A stretch of DNA of 64,000 nucleotides from Octopus sinensis (taxonomy: Eukaryota), in contig NC_043008.1 in assembly GCF_006345805.1 (NCBI RefSeq), positions 16,988,001-17,052,000 of the forward strand, written 5' to 3'. The notes under the pieces were generated by a model. That model was not told the origin of the DNA. It was given only the letters and a program-made list of their open reading frames with translations, and searched no databases. Shown here one piece after another: positions 12,046-24,210 of this stretch (the first letter of the stretch is position 1; the number at the start of each line of letters is the position of its first letter). The position numbers were made by a program, and so were the translations under genes.

Positions 12046-12451
12046 AATATGAGTAGCGATCTTGATACATACCACGAAGAAATGATCAAGCTCATTATGT
12101 CTGGAAAAAATGGAGACCACCTCCCTCTGTGGGATGAAGTTGAAATAATAGACAGAGAACACCACTGGAAAATACGAAAACTAAAAGAAGCAACTCATAT
12201 GCTAGGACACAACAACCTCCTAAGCAGACCGAGTGCAGATAGGAGCAGCATGTGGGCACCGGAGTTAAGGAAGAATAGAATAATATTAGATTTATAAGCC
12301 CTAAAATTCACTCCATAGTAGCACACGGGCATATGGCGTAGTGGTTAAGAGCGCGGGCTACTAACCTCAAGATTACGATTTCGATCCCAAGTAGTGACCT
12401 GAACAATAATAGTAACAACATCGATAAATACCTTAGGAATGAGAACCCAGG
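12046..12451 (+). mobile_element. Inverted, internally deleted copy of the same PLE 3' region
   Basis: 12046-12086 matches the reverse complement of ~11663-11705, then jumps to the equivalent of ~11290 and runs to ~10927 (encodes GDHLPLWDEVEIIDREHHWKIRKLKEA); truncated before the HHR. Confidence 0.9.
12327..12400 (+). promoter_or_regulatory. tRNA-like block with Pol III A/B boxes inside the PLE 3' region
   Basis: GGGCATATGGCGTAGTGGTTAAGAGCGCGGGCTACTAACCTCAAGATTACGATTTCGATCCCAAGTAGTGACC; a second, internally deleted copy lies on the minus strand at ~10995-11058. Confidence 0.65.
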
Positions 12452-12831
12452 CTATACACATGTATATATACATATATCTGCAGGCATGTATGTGTATATA
12501 AATATATATATATATATTAATTATTTTATGTATATACATATACTACATACATACACACGCATATCCAGCTTCAGGAAGGGTATCCTCCAATTGCCAATTT
12601 ACTAAAAATCAGATTCTTTCCGGAATTTCTTCCATTTTTGATTCTTTTTATTTTTTTGGTCACAAGAATTAATTATTCAGATAATTGACATTTCCTTCAT
12701 TAATCCGCGTGATATCATAATTACTTGAAATTTGTTCATTTAAGTTATTGACATTACCTTACTTCTTTATTCAGCAGGGGGCCCTAAAGTACACGTATAC
12801 ATTTCCTTCTAGTAATATGATCACAACACTA

Positions 12832-13265
12832 AGGTAGTGAGCTGGCAGAATCGTTAGCATGCCGGCATTTTGTATACCTATACGTTCTGAGTTCAAATTC
12901 CACCGAAATCAATTTTGTCATTCATCCTTTCGGGACCAGTAAAATGAGTACCAGTTGCGCACCGAGGGCGTGGTAATCGACTTACCCACTCCTCCAAAGT
13001 TGCTGGCCTTGTGCCAAGATTTCAAACCAATATTATCACAACCCTAAGGCAACGTGCTAGCTTAATCTTTAGCATTCCGGACAAAATGGTTATCGGCATC
13101 TCAACCGTCTTTGCATATTGAGTTTCAAATATCCGGAAGTTGAATTTGACCCTCATACTCCCGGTTTCGATAAATCAAGTACCAGTTGAACACTTGGGTT
13201 GATGTAATCGACGTTCCCTCTTATACGAAATTGCTGGCCTTGTGCTGAAATTTGAAATCAATATT
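12832..13265 (+). mobile_element. Two head-to-tail old family-B SINE copies
   Basis: Each has GAGTTCAAAT...TCATCCTTTCGG/GATAAA..AGTACCAGTTG...GTAATCGAC...TTGCTGGCCTTGTGC. Confidence 0.75.
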
Positions 13266-13544
13266 ATCGCAATCCCACGATTCTAACTAATTTGTCCTCA
13301 CTTTTGTAGAAATAACATTTCTTAGAAACAGGAAAAAAGAACGAGACGTCTCCTAAAATTACATCCGTTATTCTATGATGCAGCCAGCCACAATACTGCA
13401 CTCAAGAATTCGATGTCTGATATAACAGCCTATCCTCTGCTGTCTTATTAATTTTTGTCACCTGAACGATCGTGCTTTGCAGGAGACTCTCAATAGCAAC
13501 GGAATGAGCGAAGTGCTTCTTCCCAATCAATAAAATCTACAAAA

Positions 13545-13666
13545 TTCATCCATCCATCTATCCATCGATCCATCCATCTGTCTATCCATCCATCCATCCA
13601 TCCGTCAGTCCGTCCGTCCGTCCGTCCATCCATCCATCCATCCTTCCTTCCTTCCTTCCTTCCTTC
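13545..13666. repeat. Tetranucleotide microsatellite grading (CCAT)n to (CCGT)n to (CCAT)n to (CCTT)n
   Basis: Direct observation. Confidence 0.9.
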
Positions 13667-14072
13667 TATGTATATGTGCTCTTGTGTGCGTACGTGCACG
13701 CCTGTGTGGAGGCACGAGGATTAGTGGGTAGGGTTTTGTATTTATAATCATAAAATTGTGATTTCAATTCCTGCTCCAGACGATGCATTGGTTTCACGAG
13801 CAAAACACTTAATTTCTCCTTCCTGTATTTCACTCAAGTGGCAAAAATGTTATATATGTTTGTATATAGGTGTGTGTGTTTGTATGTGTGTTTTTTAAAG
13901 TTGGTTTTTATGTTCAGTTGTAAAAACAAAACACCTTTACATTAATCTGATGGACTACTTTATGCTTTTGTAGAACATTAATTTAGTATTCTTAAGCAAA
14001 AATATCATTGACAGTAACTTCGAATTTTCGGTCAGTTAACTCATCATCTATTGTATACATACATACATACAT

Positions 14073-14235
14073 AGAGTGGCTGTGTGGTAAGAAGCTTGCC
14101 CACCAACCACATGGTCCCGGGTTCATTCCCACTGCGTAGCACCTTGGGCAAGTATCTTCTACTATAGCCTCGGGCTGACCAAAGCCTTGTAAGTGGAAGA
14201 CCGTCGTATATATGTATATGTTTGTGTGTATGTGT
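14073..14235 (+). mobile_element. CORE-like SINE family A, 5' half
   Basis: GAGTGGCTGTGTGGTAAGAAGCTTGCC...GGGTTCATTCCCACTGCGTAGCACCTTGGGCAAGTATCTTCTACTATAGCC. Confidence 0.85.
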
Positions 14236-15174
14236 TTTCGTGCGCGCACATGTTATAGTTCTTTTCCTTCTGAATTCAAATCTCACTTGCATCATTCGTT
14301 TCTTTCATACTTCCGCGATGGATAACATAGAGTAACATCAAAGTAACATGAAATTATCGGGATCTATATATTCCCCACTAACGTACTAAAACTAGAAATC
14401 ACTGCTAGACATCTTTTCCCTGTATTAAAGCGGTTGCTATGTGACAGAATTGTGAAAAAAAAATCGAGGAGAAAATGACTGGTTACAACACATTGTTTTT
14501 AGTTCAAATCTCGTCAATGACTATTTTAGCATCCAACCACCTAAACAGATAAAATGAAATATCGACAAGTTCAACTGTCTATACATAATGAGTAGTCTTG
14601 TGTCATATTCATAACAGATGCGTTTGCTGACATTTTTATATTGTTGTTGGCAGAGTTCGTCGGAAATAGCCAAAAAAATGTTGATGTTCTGTTTCTTCGG
14701 TTTCGGATTTTCAATTTTAGCTCCGGCTCCTCTGTCATGGATCATACTTTCCAAATTTTTATTTTTCAAAATAAAAAGAAATTAATAGTAAGATGGGAAA
14801 TAATGTTTATTTTTGTATACTTTCACTTTAGAATTGAAAAGTTACCTCTTATTTTTTTTAACTGCAAAATCTTTGATCATATCTTCAAAATTAATCTTAC
14901 GTAAGGCTCTGCCGCTATACTTTGTAGAGATAAGGCATCCCGAATATTGTTTTACCAAATTTAAGGTGATTTCTTTTCTGCCCTAAACCAGTTACCATTT
15001 CTGTGGTGCCCACACTTTCCTTGATGTTTTAAGCACATGCCTATTTTGTATAATGGTTAATCCAGCACTGGTCGGATATGTACTGTGTAAGTATGTATGA
15101 CTTGTATCTTCAACTATCGGCTACATCCTTAACGCCTGGCTGGAGGACCAAACAAACGATTCAGAGACCAGCTA

Positions 15175-15820
15175 AGGCGGCAATCTGGCAGACTCGTTAG
15201 CCTGCCGGGTGAAATGCTTAGTGGTATTTCGTCTCCCGCTAAGTTCTGAGTTCAAATTCTACCAAGGTCGAGTTTACCTTTCATCCTTTCAGGGTCGATA
15301 TATTAAGAACCACTTGAATACTAGGGTTGATATAATCGTCTATTCCCCTTCCTCGAAAAATTTCAAGAGCCAAGATATGAATTTGAGGTGGAGGTGTTGA
15401 GTTATTTATTATTTACAAAGGCAGTGAGCTGGCAGAATCATTAGCAAGCCGGGCAAAAGGCTTAGCGGTATTTCGTCTACCGCTACGTTCTGAGTTCAAA
15501 TTCCGCCGAGGTCAACTTTGCCTTTCATCCTTTCGGGGTCGATTAAATAAGTACCATTTACGCACTGGGGTCGATATAATCGACTTAATTCGTTTGGCTG
15601 TCCTTGTTTGTCCCCTCTGTGTTTGACCCTTGTGGGTAGTAAAGAAATAGGTAATTCGTCTACCGCTACGTTCTGAGTTCAAATTCCGCTGAGGTCGACT
15701 GTGCCTTTCATTCTTTTGGGGTCGATTAAATAAGTACCAGTAACGCACTGGGGTCGATGTAATAGATTTAACCTGTTTGTCCTCTCTGTGTTTAGCCCCT
15801 TGTGGGTAGTAAAGAAATAG
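15175..15820 (+). mobile_element. Three family-B SINE copies: old (15175-15370), full (15417-15651), 5'-truncated tandem (15652-15820)
   Basis: Family-B motif repeated three times; the last two share the variants CTACCGCTACG and GATTAAATAAG. Confidence 0.85.
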
Positions 15821-17361
15821 CTATTCCACATAGTTTCCGTCTGCCAAATTCTCTTACAAGGCATTGGCCGGCCCATGGAGAAACAGGAAGACACTTGCTC
15901 AAGATGTCATTTAATGGTACTGAACTGGGAACCAAGCCGTTGCAAGGCGAATTTCTTAAGCATACAGCAACAGAGAAATGGTAAAAATCACACAACCATG
16001 TGGAAATAATAATAATAACAAAAGAAATGTAAAAGAAAGAAACCAAAATATAAGTCTTTCAGCAAAATAAAAAAAAATAAAGAGGAGTGAAAAATAAAAA
16101 TAAAAGAAACCTGAGACAGAGAAAGGAATGGTAAATAGGTTAAAGTTAGCAAATTTGGAAAATATACGAATTTAGAATATGTTGTGACACGTCTTATTGT
16201 TCTTGTCAAGCCGTGCTTCACATTCATACAAACCCTATTTTCTTACCATTCATACATTTTCATCATCGTCATTGTAAAACAAGTCTCATCGAGCGTACAT
16301 TCTTATGCTAGAAAATATTCCAGCCGTGACAATCATGTTGGCTTTTTTGCCTTTTTTTTCTGTTTGTGTATTCATGCAATGATTCTTTTTCTTCTATTTC
16401 TGTTTTGGTTCTGTTATTTTTCTTTATCTCTTTTACGTGTTCCGGGTAAAAGGCTGTGGCTATGCTGGAGCAACGCCATTTGTCCACATTTCTTCGTTTG
16501 ATATAATTCTATTGTAAGCTCATGACATATATATCAGCAAGCATATTTAATTTGTTTGGTCTTCTCCGAATATGCTTAATCAATACGCTTTTAACTCTTT
16601 CTATATCGTAGCGTGACAGAATTGTCTTCTGGAGTTGAAGGGAAATTCTTTTATTCATTTCTACCTCTATTTCATGATGTCAAATCTAAGTGCTTTTATA
16701 TGTCTAGACATGAATTTAATTGTTGATTCCCACCAAAATCTTTTATATATGTTTTGGCAATGCACCTAAAATTAAACATTTCTTTAACCGCTACGGTCAA
16801 TTTATTGCAATCACTTTCATTCCAGTTTTTCAGTACATTTGTTTAATCGAGAATCGTTGCATTTTATTGCAACCAAAAATACCTACGCTACCATGTTCCT
16901 GCCTCAATTACCCAAAATTATTCAAGTACTTTTTTAGTGTTCGATTGTCATTGTAAAATTGGCTTTAAGCTGGAAAAAATTTAAATGACTCGGTCGATCG
17001 TGTTTGTTCCTTTGGGAAGATCTCACGTTTCTTTTTTAATACTCAGCTTTAGAACCTTCAGTGCTCCTCAGTGCATTGGGTGCCAAGCTTCTTCCATCGA
17101 ATTCGTTCAACCTCCTTTCTTAAAAATAATCCATTCCATGTAATATTGGCATGAAATTTTGGCAGAAGGTCAGAAGGTTAGTGGTAGAGGATAAGTCATT
17201 ACATCGACCCCAGTGTTCAACTGATACTTATTTTACTGACCCCTATGCTGGGGCAAACGTTTATTTCCCTCCGATATCTATAGTATCTTTAACACAGTAC
17301 CTCCATATCTCAGGATAAATACCGTAGAAACTAGTCTATCAACGCTGTCTTTCTTCTAGTC

Positions 17362-17771
17362 TTCTTAGTCTTTTACTTGTTTCAGTCATTTGACTGTGGC
17401 CATGCTGGAGCACTTCCTTTAGTCGAGCAAATCGACGCCAGGACTTATTCCTTGCAAGCCCAGTACCTATTCTATCGGTATCCTTTGCCGAACGGCTAAG
17501 TTACGGGGACGCAAACACACCAGCATCGGTTGCCAAGCGATGTTGGGCGGGGGACGAACGCAGACACACAAACATATACACGCACATACAAATATATATA
17601 CATATATACGACAGGCCTTTTTCAGTTTCCGTCCACCAAATCCACTCACAAGGCATTGGTCGGCCCCAGGCTATAGCAGAAGGCACTTGCCCCAGGTGCC
17701 ACGCAGTGGGACTGAACCCGGAACCATGTGGTTCGTAAGCAAGCCACTTTCCACACGGCCACTCCTACGCC
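17362..17771 (-). mobile_element. CORE-like SINE family A, full length (~410 bp)
   Basis: Reverse complement: GGCGTAGGAGTGGCCGTGTGG...GGTTCAGTCCCACTGCGTGGCACCTGGGGCAAGTG...CAGCATGGCCACAGTCAAATGACTGAAACAAGTAAAA. Confidence 0.9.
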
Positions 17772-18344
17772 TGTATATACATTAAGTATGATATATACAT
17801 GGCTATTATTATTACTTTATATAGTTCTTGTGGTTGAGTATCGATCTCTTTTCAGCTAAAGGTTTCTTCCCTGAAACATTTACTCTCACATTAGCTCCCT
17901 TGCTTTCCATTCAACCTTACTGGAAACTTATTAGTTACTCCATTTTGTCTCTTTTTCTTTCACAGTGTTTGAAGGTCCTCTTTGAATTTTGAATATTGTA
18001 AACAATATCTCTAATTTTATCATTATTTCTTTCTAGCAAATCATTTTTATAGCTTTTCCTGTTCCTTGTCAAAATTAATTTATTTTTTCATATCTATTAT
18101 CCAAATCAATTTACATTCTATCACTTCATATAATTTACTTTATTTTCTGTGATTACTGTAAAATAGTTATATATTTGTATCATGTCTCTTCGATTATATT
18201 AACAAGGTAAGTTTTATTTCTATGAATATCAGGCTGGATATTATAATACACAAATCAATTTGTAGGGTAGGCTTTTCTTTTATAGCTGATGTCCTTGAAT
18301 AAGTGGCGAATAATTTATTGATATTTATATTTGATATTCATTTC

Positions 18345-19122
18345 AAATTTGGACTCAATACCAGCAATTGTGAATGAGGGTAAAAGTCGTTTGCATTGAT
18401 CTCAGTACTCAACTGGTATTTATTTTACCGACCTCGAAAGGATAAAAGGTAAAGTTGACTACGGTAGTGTTTGAATTCTGAATGTCAACTCGGAAGAAAT
18501 GCTGTTGAGCAATTTTTCCACCGCGATAAGGATTCTCCCAGCTCGTCGCCAGTTTTTATATTTAATATTAATTTCAAATTTTGGCACAAGGCCAGCAGTT
18601 GCGAAGAAGCCGCAACTCGATTTTATAGACCCCAGTGCTCACTGAATCGTATCGACCCCAAAAATATGAAGAGCAAAGTAGAACTTGCCCGGCGTGCTAA
18701 CAATTCTTTTTTTTTGCCCACAGATGGACCAAACAAGGACTGACAAAGATTAAGTCGATTACATCGACCCCAGTACGTAACTGGTACTTAATTTATCGAC
18801 CCCGAAGGATGAATGACAAAGTCAACCTCGGCGGAATTTGAACTCAGAACGTAGCGGCAGACGAAATGCCGTTAAGCCTTTTGCCCGGCGTGCTAACAAT
18901 TCTGCTAGCACGCTGTTTTTTTGTATATTTAATATTGGCTTCAAATTTTGGCACAAGGCCAGCAATTGCGAGAAAGCTGCAACTCGATTTTATCGACCCC
19001 AGTACTCAACTTGTCGACCCTGAAAAGACGAACAGTAAAGTAGACGATGATGAACGTAAAGACGGACGAAATGACATTAAACATTTTACCCGGCGTGCCA
19101 ACCATTCTGCCAGCGCGCCGCC
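18345..19122 (-). mobile_element. Cluster of four head-to-tail family-B SINE copies
   Basis: Copies at ~18345-18550, 18570-18705, 18706-18915 and 18940-19122; the second and fourth share private variants (GCAACTCGATTTTAT). Confidence 0.8.
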
Positions 19123-20277
19123 TATTTTTAATATTCATAATCAATCTCAGTCTTATGGTTTCATAATCAACCACTCTATTTTTTACCATTCTATATGTTT
19201 CTACCTCAAATTAAATATGTATGTAGTTATTCTAGTTTTAATGTCGTTATGTCAGAATCTAAAAAGTATATCACTTGAGGTGTTTTGTATAAATTTGTCG
19301 TTTTATTTTGGCGTACTTTTGTTGACATTTCTACTTTTATGGCTATTTATAATTAGCTTTACTGGATAAATGTGCAGCTTTTCGCTTTACTTTTGTCTTT
19401 TTGCTGGTTGTTTAGTTGTCTCTGTAAATGTAAATCTTATTTTATGACATAATTATTTATTGTACCGAAGTTGTCTTTTACCATTTTCTGTATTTTAGCA
19501 GTCTAATTATTTGTTTTTCCTTTTACATTGCATTTGCCTTAATATTCGGTTGCATTCGATACGCATATCACTACTATCAAAGAGCTTACTTTGCGGTCGT
19601 AGCATATTTGGTTATAGATCAATACCATGCGTTTTATCATCTCCTCACTTAAGAATGTAGGTGCTACTGACTTCAGTAACTGCCTGATTTACAAATAACG
19701 GTTATTTACAAATATAGATCTCTCGCAAAACCCCATTTATTACTATTTTCTAGACAACATTCCGGCTTGCGAGAAAGTTATAGTTGTTAGGGATTTGTAC
19801 ATTATTGGCAAAAATATGATCAATCTGTAGCGTTTGGAGGCTTTTTTTTGTTATTGTATTTATAAAAAAACTGAATCGTTCTGCGAAATTTTTGTATAGT
19901 AGATTAGCATTTCCCCAACAAATCTGTGAATCTTCTCGGTGCTTCCCATCAACCCGACTTTATTATGCTGGGTCATGTTTTCGCTATCATTGTACTAATT
20001 GTCAGATAAATTCGTTACTTCGTTCCTCTTCCCGATTATTTATAGTAATCCATTTCAATAATATTTGAAGAAACACAAAAAATATTTTATCATAATGTAT
20101 TATGATTGTCTTTTTTTTTGTGCGCAGCTTTATTATTCCCCTACAATATCTGTTTATAGTTTTTGAACTATGAACAAAATTTACCAGACATATGACGAAA
20201 GGGTGCCAAGACGAAAAAAAACCCCAAAAAGGAACGAATTTATCTTACAATTTGCATGTCTATAATTCTACATAAGG

Positions 20278-20506
20278 CGGTGAGCTGGCAGAAACGTTAG
20301 CACGCCGGGCGAAATGCGTAGCCGTATTTCGTCTGCCGCTACGTTCTGAGTTCAAATTCCGCCGAGGTCGACTTTGCCTTTCATCCTTTCGGGGTCGATA
20401 AATTAAGTACCATTTACGCACTGGTGTTGATATAATCGACTTAACCCGTTTGTCTGTCCTTGTCTGTCCTCTCTGTGTTTAGCCCCTTGTGGGTAGTAAA
20501 GAAATA
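20278..20506 (+). mobile_element. Family-B SINE with perfect 17-bp TSD
   Basis: TATAATTCTACATAAGG at 20261-20277 and 20507-20523. Confidence 0.95.
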
Positions 20507-21464
20507 TATAATTCTACATAAGGTGATTCCATATTCCCTCCACACATAACTCGGTACTTTTATTGTTAGTGTATCTTCTATCTTGATATTTAATTTTGAT
20601 GGAGCACTTTCACATTTTCTCCCCGATAATTTGATTTGTTGTAAGAAAAGCTCACGTTCAAATTTTCCAATCCAGTGTATCCAGCAAGCCTTTTCTACAA
20701 TCATTTGTTTTCATTTTGCTTCTCTTCTTTACAATTTTTTCTTTTTTCATCATTCACCTTCGTCGTATCAGAGCCACCCAATGTACATCCGGAGTATAGG
20801 ATGTCATTCCTTTCTCTATTTTACTTTTGTTGATATTACACTGAATATTTTCTTTCCAACATTTAATGGCGAGATAGATTGGGAAGGGGGGAACGACTTA
20901 ATCTATTTGGGGAGAAACTGTTTTTACTCAATACAGTCATGGCTACTGTTTGCTCCTGTGAAAACTATTTATTGCAAAGCCTGCTTCTATTTGGTTTATC
21001 ATTTCCCGAATACGTTTATTTATCTTAGCTTTCGAAGGTGGTTCCTTTCTTCGAAGGTGTTTGTTTTCGTTGTGATCGGTTCTATTTTCTATGTATTGTT
21101 CTTCTGTGGCTTTCTCTCTCTCCCTTGTTATTACAGATAGTTATTTTGTTGCATGGTACGTTAATTTCTTTCTTTCTTTCCTTTTTTTAACGGTTGCTAG
21201 ATTCAAGAATTTTCTTTTCTGGTAGATGCGTATTCGCATTCTTGCTTCTGTGAGTTATTGCACATCTCCTTTTTTTTTTCTGTTGTTCTCCTTTTATTTT
21301 CATTATCTGCTTTTCTGGGTGGTACATCGATACGATATCTTTGCGTGAGATGTGCCAAAAATTGTACTATTTGAATAGTACCATTGATTTGAAAGTGCCT
21401 TGCATCTAGGTAGCATCTACCTAGGTGGGCTATTGTTTTGCATTGTGAAAGTTTTATAATTCCC

Positions 21465-21511
<47 letters not shown>

Positions 21512-22134
21512 ATTTGTTCATAACACATTTTAATGTAATATCAGCAGTCCTTCCGCGGGTTATTTTCACTGAAAAGCTGAACTTATATCACTGTGCTTGG
21601 GGAAAGGGCAGTGTTCTCATGTATGCTAAATATGTTGTCTAACTTGGCTATTCTTTTCTCTTCCAAATGCTCAACCTAATATGTATACATTGCTTAATGG
21701 TGCAGTTTTCTGAATGCCGTTCGTACGTTTACGTTCTCGATTGTCGATGATGCATCTTAATGCATTATATTTAATCAGATCAAATTATTAAGCAAAATAG
21801 TTAAAACAAAATTAACAAGGGTGGCGAATACATTTGCTCCATTTCTTTTGGATTTGATTTCAAAATCTGCTGAAGTTAAATCTGCCTTTCATCTTTTCAA
21901 GGGTCAATAAAAAGTACTGATCCAAGCCGGTGGTGTGGCGGAAATGGATTGCCTTACATTATCAGTTCAAACTCTCAGTGTTCTAACGGCAAAGTCTCTT
22001 ACCGCAATGTCTCGGCGGCCTTTTCCTTGGATAAACATCATTGGCATAGAGAAGGGATATTGCATGCGTTGTCATGTTAGTATTCTTCATCCTGGCCGAA
22101 TTTACATTGCCCTGAGAGGAAAGACCCCGTATTT

Positions 22135-22357
22135 ATTACACAGAAGTGGGAGTATCACCGTTCTGCTGCCAGTTGCTGTAGAGCGCTTCGAGGAGATTAG
22201 AGAACAAGTCTGGCAAATCTACTTAAAGTTCATAGGGTAGACCATCTAAACCTGGTGGCTGATGCCTCTTGCAATCGACAAGGGCATCTTGAATTTCGAT
22301 TGAATTTATTTGCCTTTCACAACGCTCAACGCTGGCCGTCGAGAGACGCACCTAACG
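22135..22357 (-). pseudogene. Tx1/L1-like ORF2 fragment (RT N-terminus)
   Basis: VERCERQINSIEIQDALVDCKRHQPPGLDGLPYEL*...LYSNWQQNG; ~89% identical to 25640-25858. Confidence 0.8.
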
Positions 22358-22580
22358 AAATATAAGGATTTAGTCGACGGGACCATTATCAAGTGATTGT
22401 ACGGGGCCTCCCTAATCCGTACTAACATCAACTGTACCAACTTTCCAGCAAGGTCGGCTCGCTGTAACCTGGAATGGAACCCAAGCGACTGAAGAAGGTC
22501 CTCAAGGAGATAAACTCAGCTGCTGAAACCAACTGAAATTGCCTATGGCTAATAAGAAACTGCAAGTGGGATCCTTAGGC
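22358..22580 (+). pseudogene. HERO/R2-like RLE LINE 3' coding end
   Basis: KYKDLVD...INCTNFPARS.../PGMEPKRLKKVLKEINSAAETN*NCLWLIRNCKW resembles KYxxL...EVGCRGF...KEIxxxAExxSxWLWLxR. Confidence 0.5.
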
Positions 22581-22779
22581 AAGCGAAGACTAATTCCTCA
22601 CCCCCCCCCCACTTGTATGTCCAGTCGAAGCGTACCGGCAAATGGCAAAACGCTTGTGACTCTCTGATACTTGCTGGTGATACAGGAGGATCTACAACAT
22701 TGCCATGGATTCAGAACAGCTCGCGAAACCTTTGAGCAGCTCTTGTATATTGTATATGCGGCAAAATATATCCAACGTT

Positions 22780-23100
22780 TATTTCACCTTCATAAAAATC
22801 TTACCCATGACTTCCTCTACTTCTACACATAAAGAGGGTCTACTGTGACTGATAGGGGCTCTAAGTGTTTATTCATCCAAATGCTTCTGCTATTATGGGA
22901 AATGTTTGTTTTAAATCCCCACCTTGTGGGGATTTCTTCTTTCCCAATCATTATATTGGGATAGTTATTTCTTTTAGATATATAATATTGTCTGTTGCGA
23001 TTGATATATCGATTAAGGAATATTTCTTTTTTCCTGATCGTCTTTGACAATAATGTCTGATCGATTTGCTTAATCTCCCTGTCCGTATAAATTATTGCCA
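22780..23100 (-). pseudogene. Dong/R4-like LINE RLE-domain fragment
   Basis: Across frameshifts: ANRSDIIVKDDQEKK/YSLIDISIATD...LSQYNDWE...RWGFKT/PIIAEAFG, matching NRPD...LID...KYKDL...W...IPIIVGALG. Confidence 0.7.
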
Positions 23101-23106
23101 TTTTCA

Positions 23107-23440
23107 CATAATCATCACTATCATCAACACTACCGTTACCACCACTATCACACCACCACCACCATCACCACCACCACCACCATCACCACCACCACCACCA
23201 TCAGCTGCAGCACTACTACCACCGCCACCGCCCTCACAACCACCAACATCACTACAACCACCAGCACTACCACCATCATCATCATCATCATCATCATCAT
23301 CACCACCACCGGCGCCGCCGACGCCACCTCCACTGCCACCACCACCATCACCACCATCTGCTGCAGCACTACTGCCGTTGCCGCCGCCACCAACAACACC
23401 ACCACAACCACCACCACCACCACAACCACAATCGTCCTCT
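23107..23440. repeat. (ACC)n/(ATC)n trinucleotide low-complexity tract with an internal duplication
   Basis: CCACCATC(A/T)GCTGCAGCACTACT occurs at ~23195 and ~23352. Confidence 0.9.
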
Positions 23441-23879
23441 TCATTCTTCTATATTTAATGAATTGTTATTTATTTCTGCAGCACCAAATCTCCACCAGGT
23501 ACAAACGACAGGAAGATGCTGCGTGCGGAAAAGAAGAACAAATATATTATATCTCGTGAAAGCGACACAGAACAAATACATTTCGTACATTTCATTCCCG
23601 AACTACGAAATGCTTTATCGTCTCTATAGACGTATGGTGCCGGATATCCTATATCCCTTTATCTCATCTACCCTAATATTCTAGTAATAATCCCATCACA
23701 ATCACCCATATATATCTTTAAATGCATATGCTGTAATTTTTATCATTGTTTATCAGCGGACCTTCATAGCAGTTAGCTAGTTAATCAGAAGAGATTCATA
23801 TGTCGTTAACGAGTCATATGTCTTCCGCCACCATCACCATCATTATTATACTCTTCTTGCCTATGTTTTCGCTTTGTAG

Positions 23880-24210
23880 TTGGTGAAGGCGCGTGGCTAA
23901 GAGGTTAGGGCATTCGGCTAACGATTGTAAGGACGTGAGTTCAATTCCCGGCGACGCGTTGTGTCCTTGAGCAAGACACTTTATTTCACGTTGCGCCAGT
24001 CCACTCAGCTGGTAAAAATGAGTAGTACCTGTATTTCAAAAGGCCAGCCTTGTCACACTCTGTGTCACGATGAATCTCCCTGAGAACTACGTTAAGGGTA
24101 CACGTGTCTGTAGAGTGATCAGCTACTTGCACGGTAATTTCACGAGTAAGCTGTTCCGTTGATCGTATCAGCTGGGACCCTCGTCGTCATAACCGACAGA
24201 GTGCTCCTTT
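23880..24210 (+). mobile_element. Second CORE-like tRNA SINE (family D); an older relative follows at ~24222-24500
   Basis: GGCGCGTGGCTAAGAGGTTAGG...GAGTTCAATTCCCGG, CORE-like TGTGTCCTTGAGCAAGACACTT; tail AAGGGTACACGTGTCTGTAGAG is echoed at ~24452. Confidence 0.8.

Larger units (their letters stand above)
17850..21350 (-). pseudogene. Heavily decayed L1-like LINE interrupted by SINEs
   Basis: A-rich minus strand; LQIDHIFAN at ~19800-19830 resembles the APE endonuclease end; ORF1-like WIGKFERELFLQQIKLSGRKC...TIKVPSYVWRE at 20520-20700. Many stops; boundaries approximate. Confidence 0.4.

Noticed and set aside
22488-22520. CTGAAGA-AGGTCC-TCAA-GGA as a hammerhead
   Set aside because: Helix II is incomplete, GAAA is absent, and it lies in the HERO-like coding frame.
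23066-23559. Polyproline, polythreonine and polyvaline ORFs
   Set aside because: Trinucleotide repeat tract open in several frames, with no flanking domain or clear splice sites.
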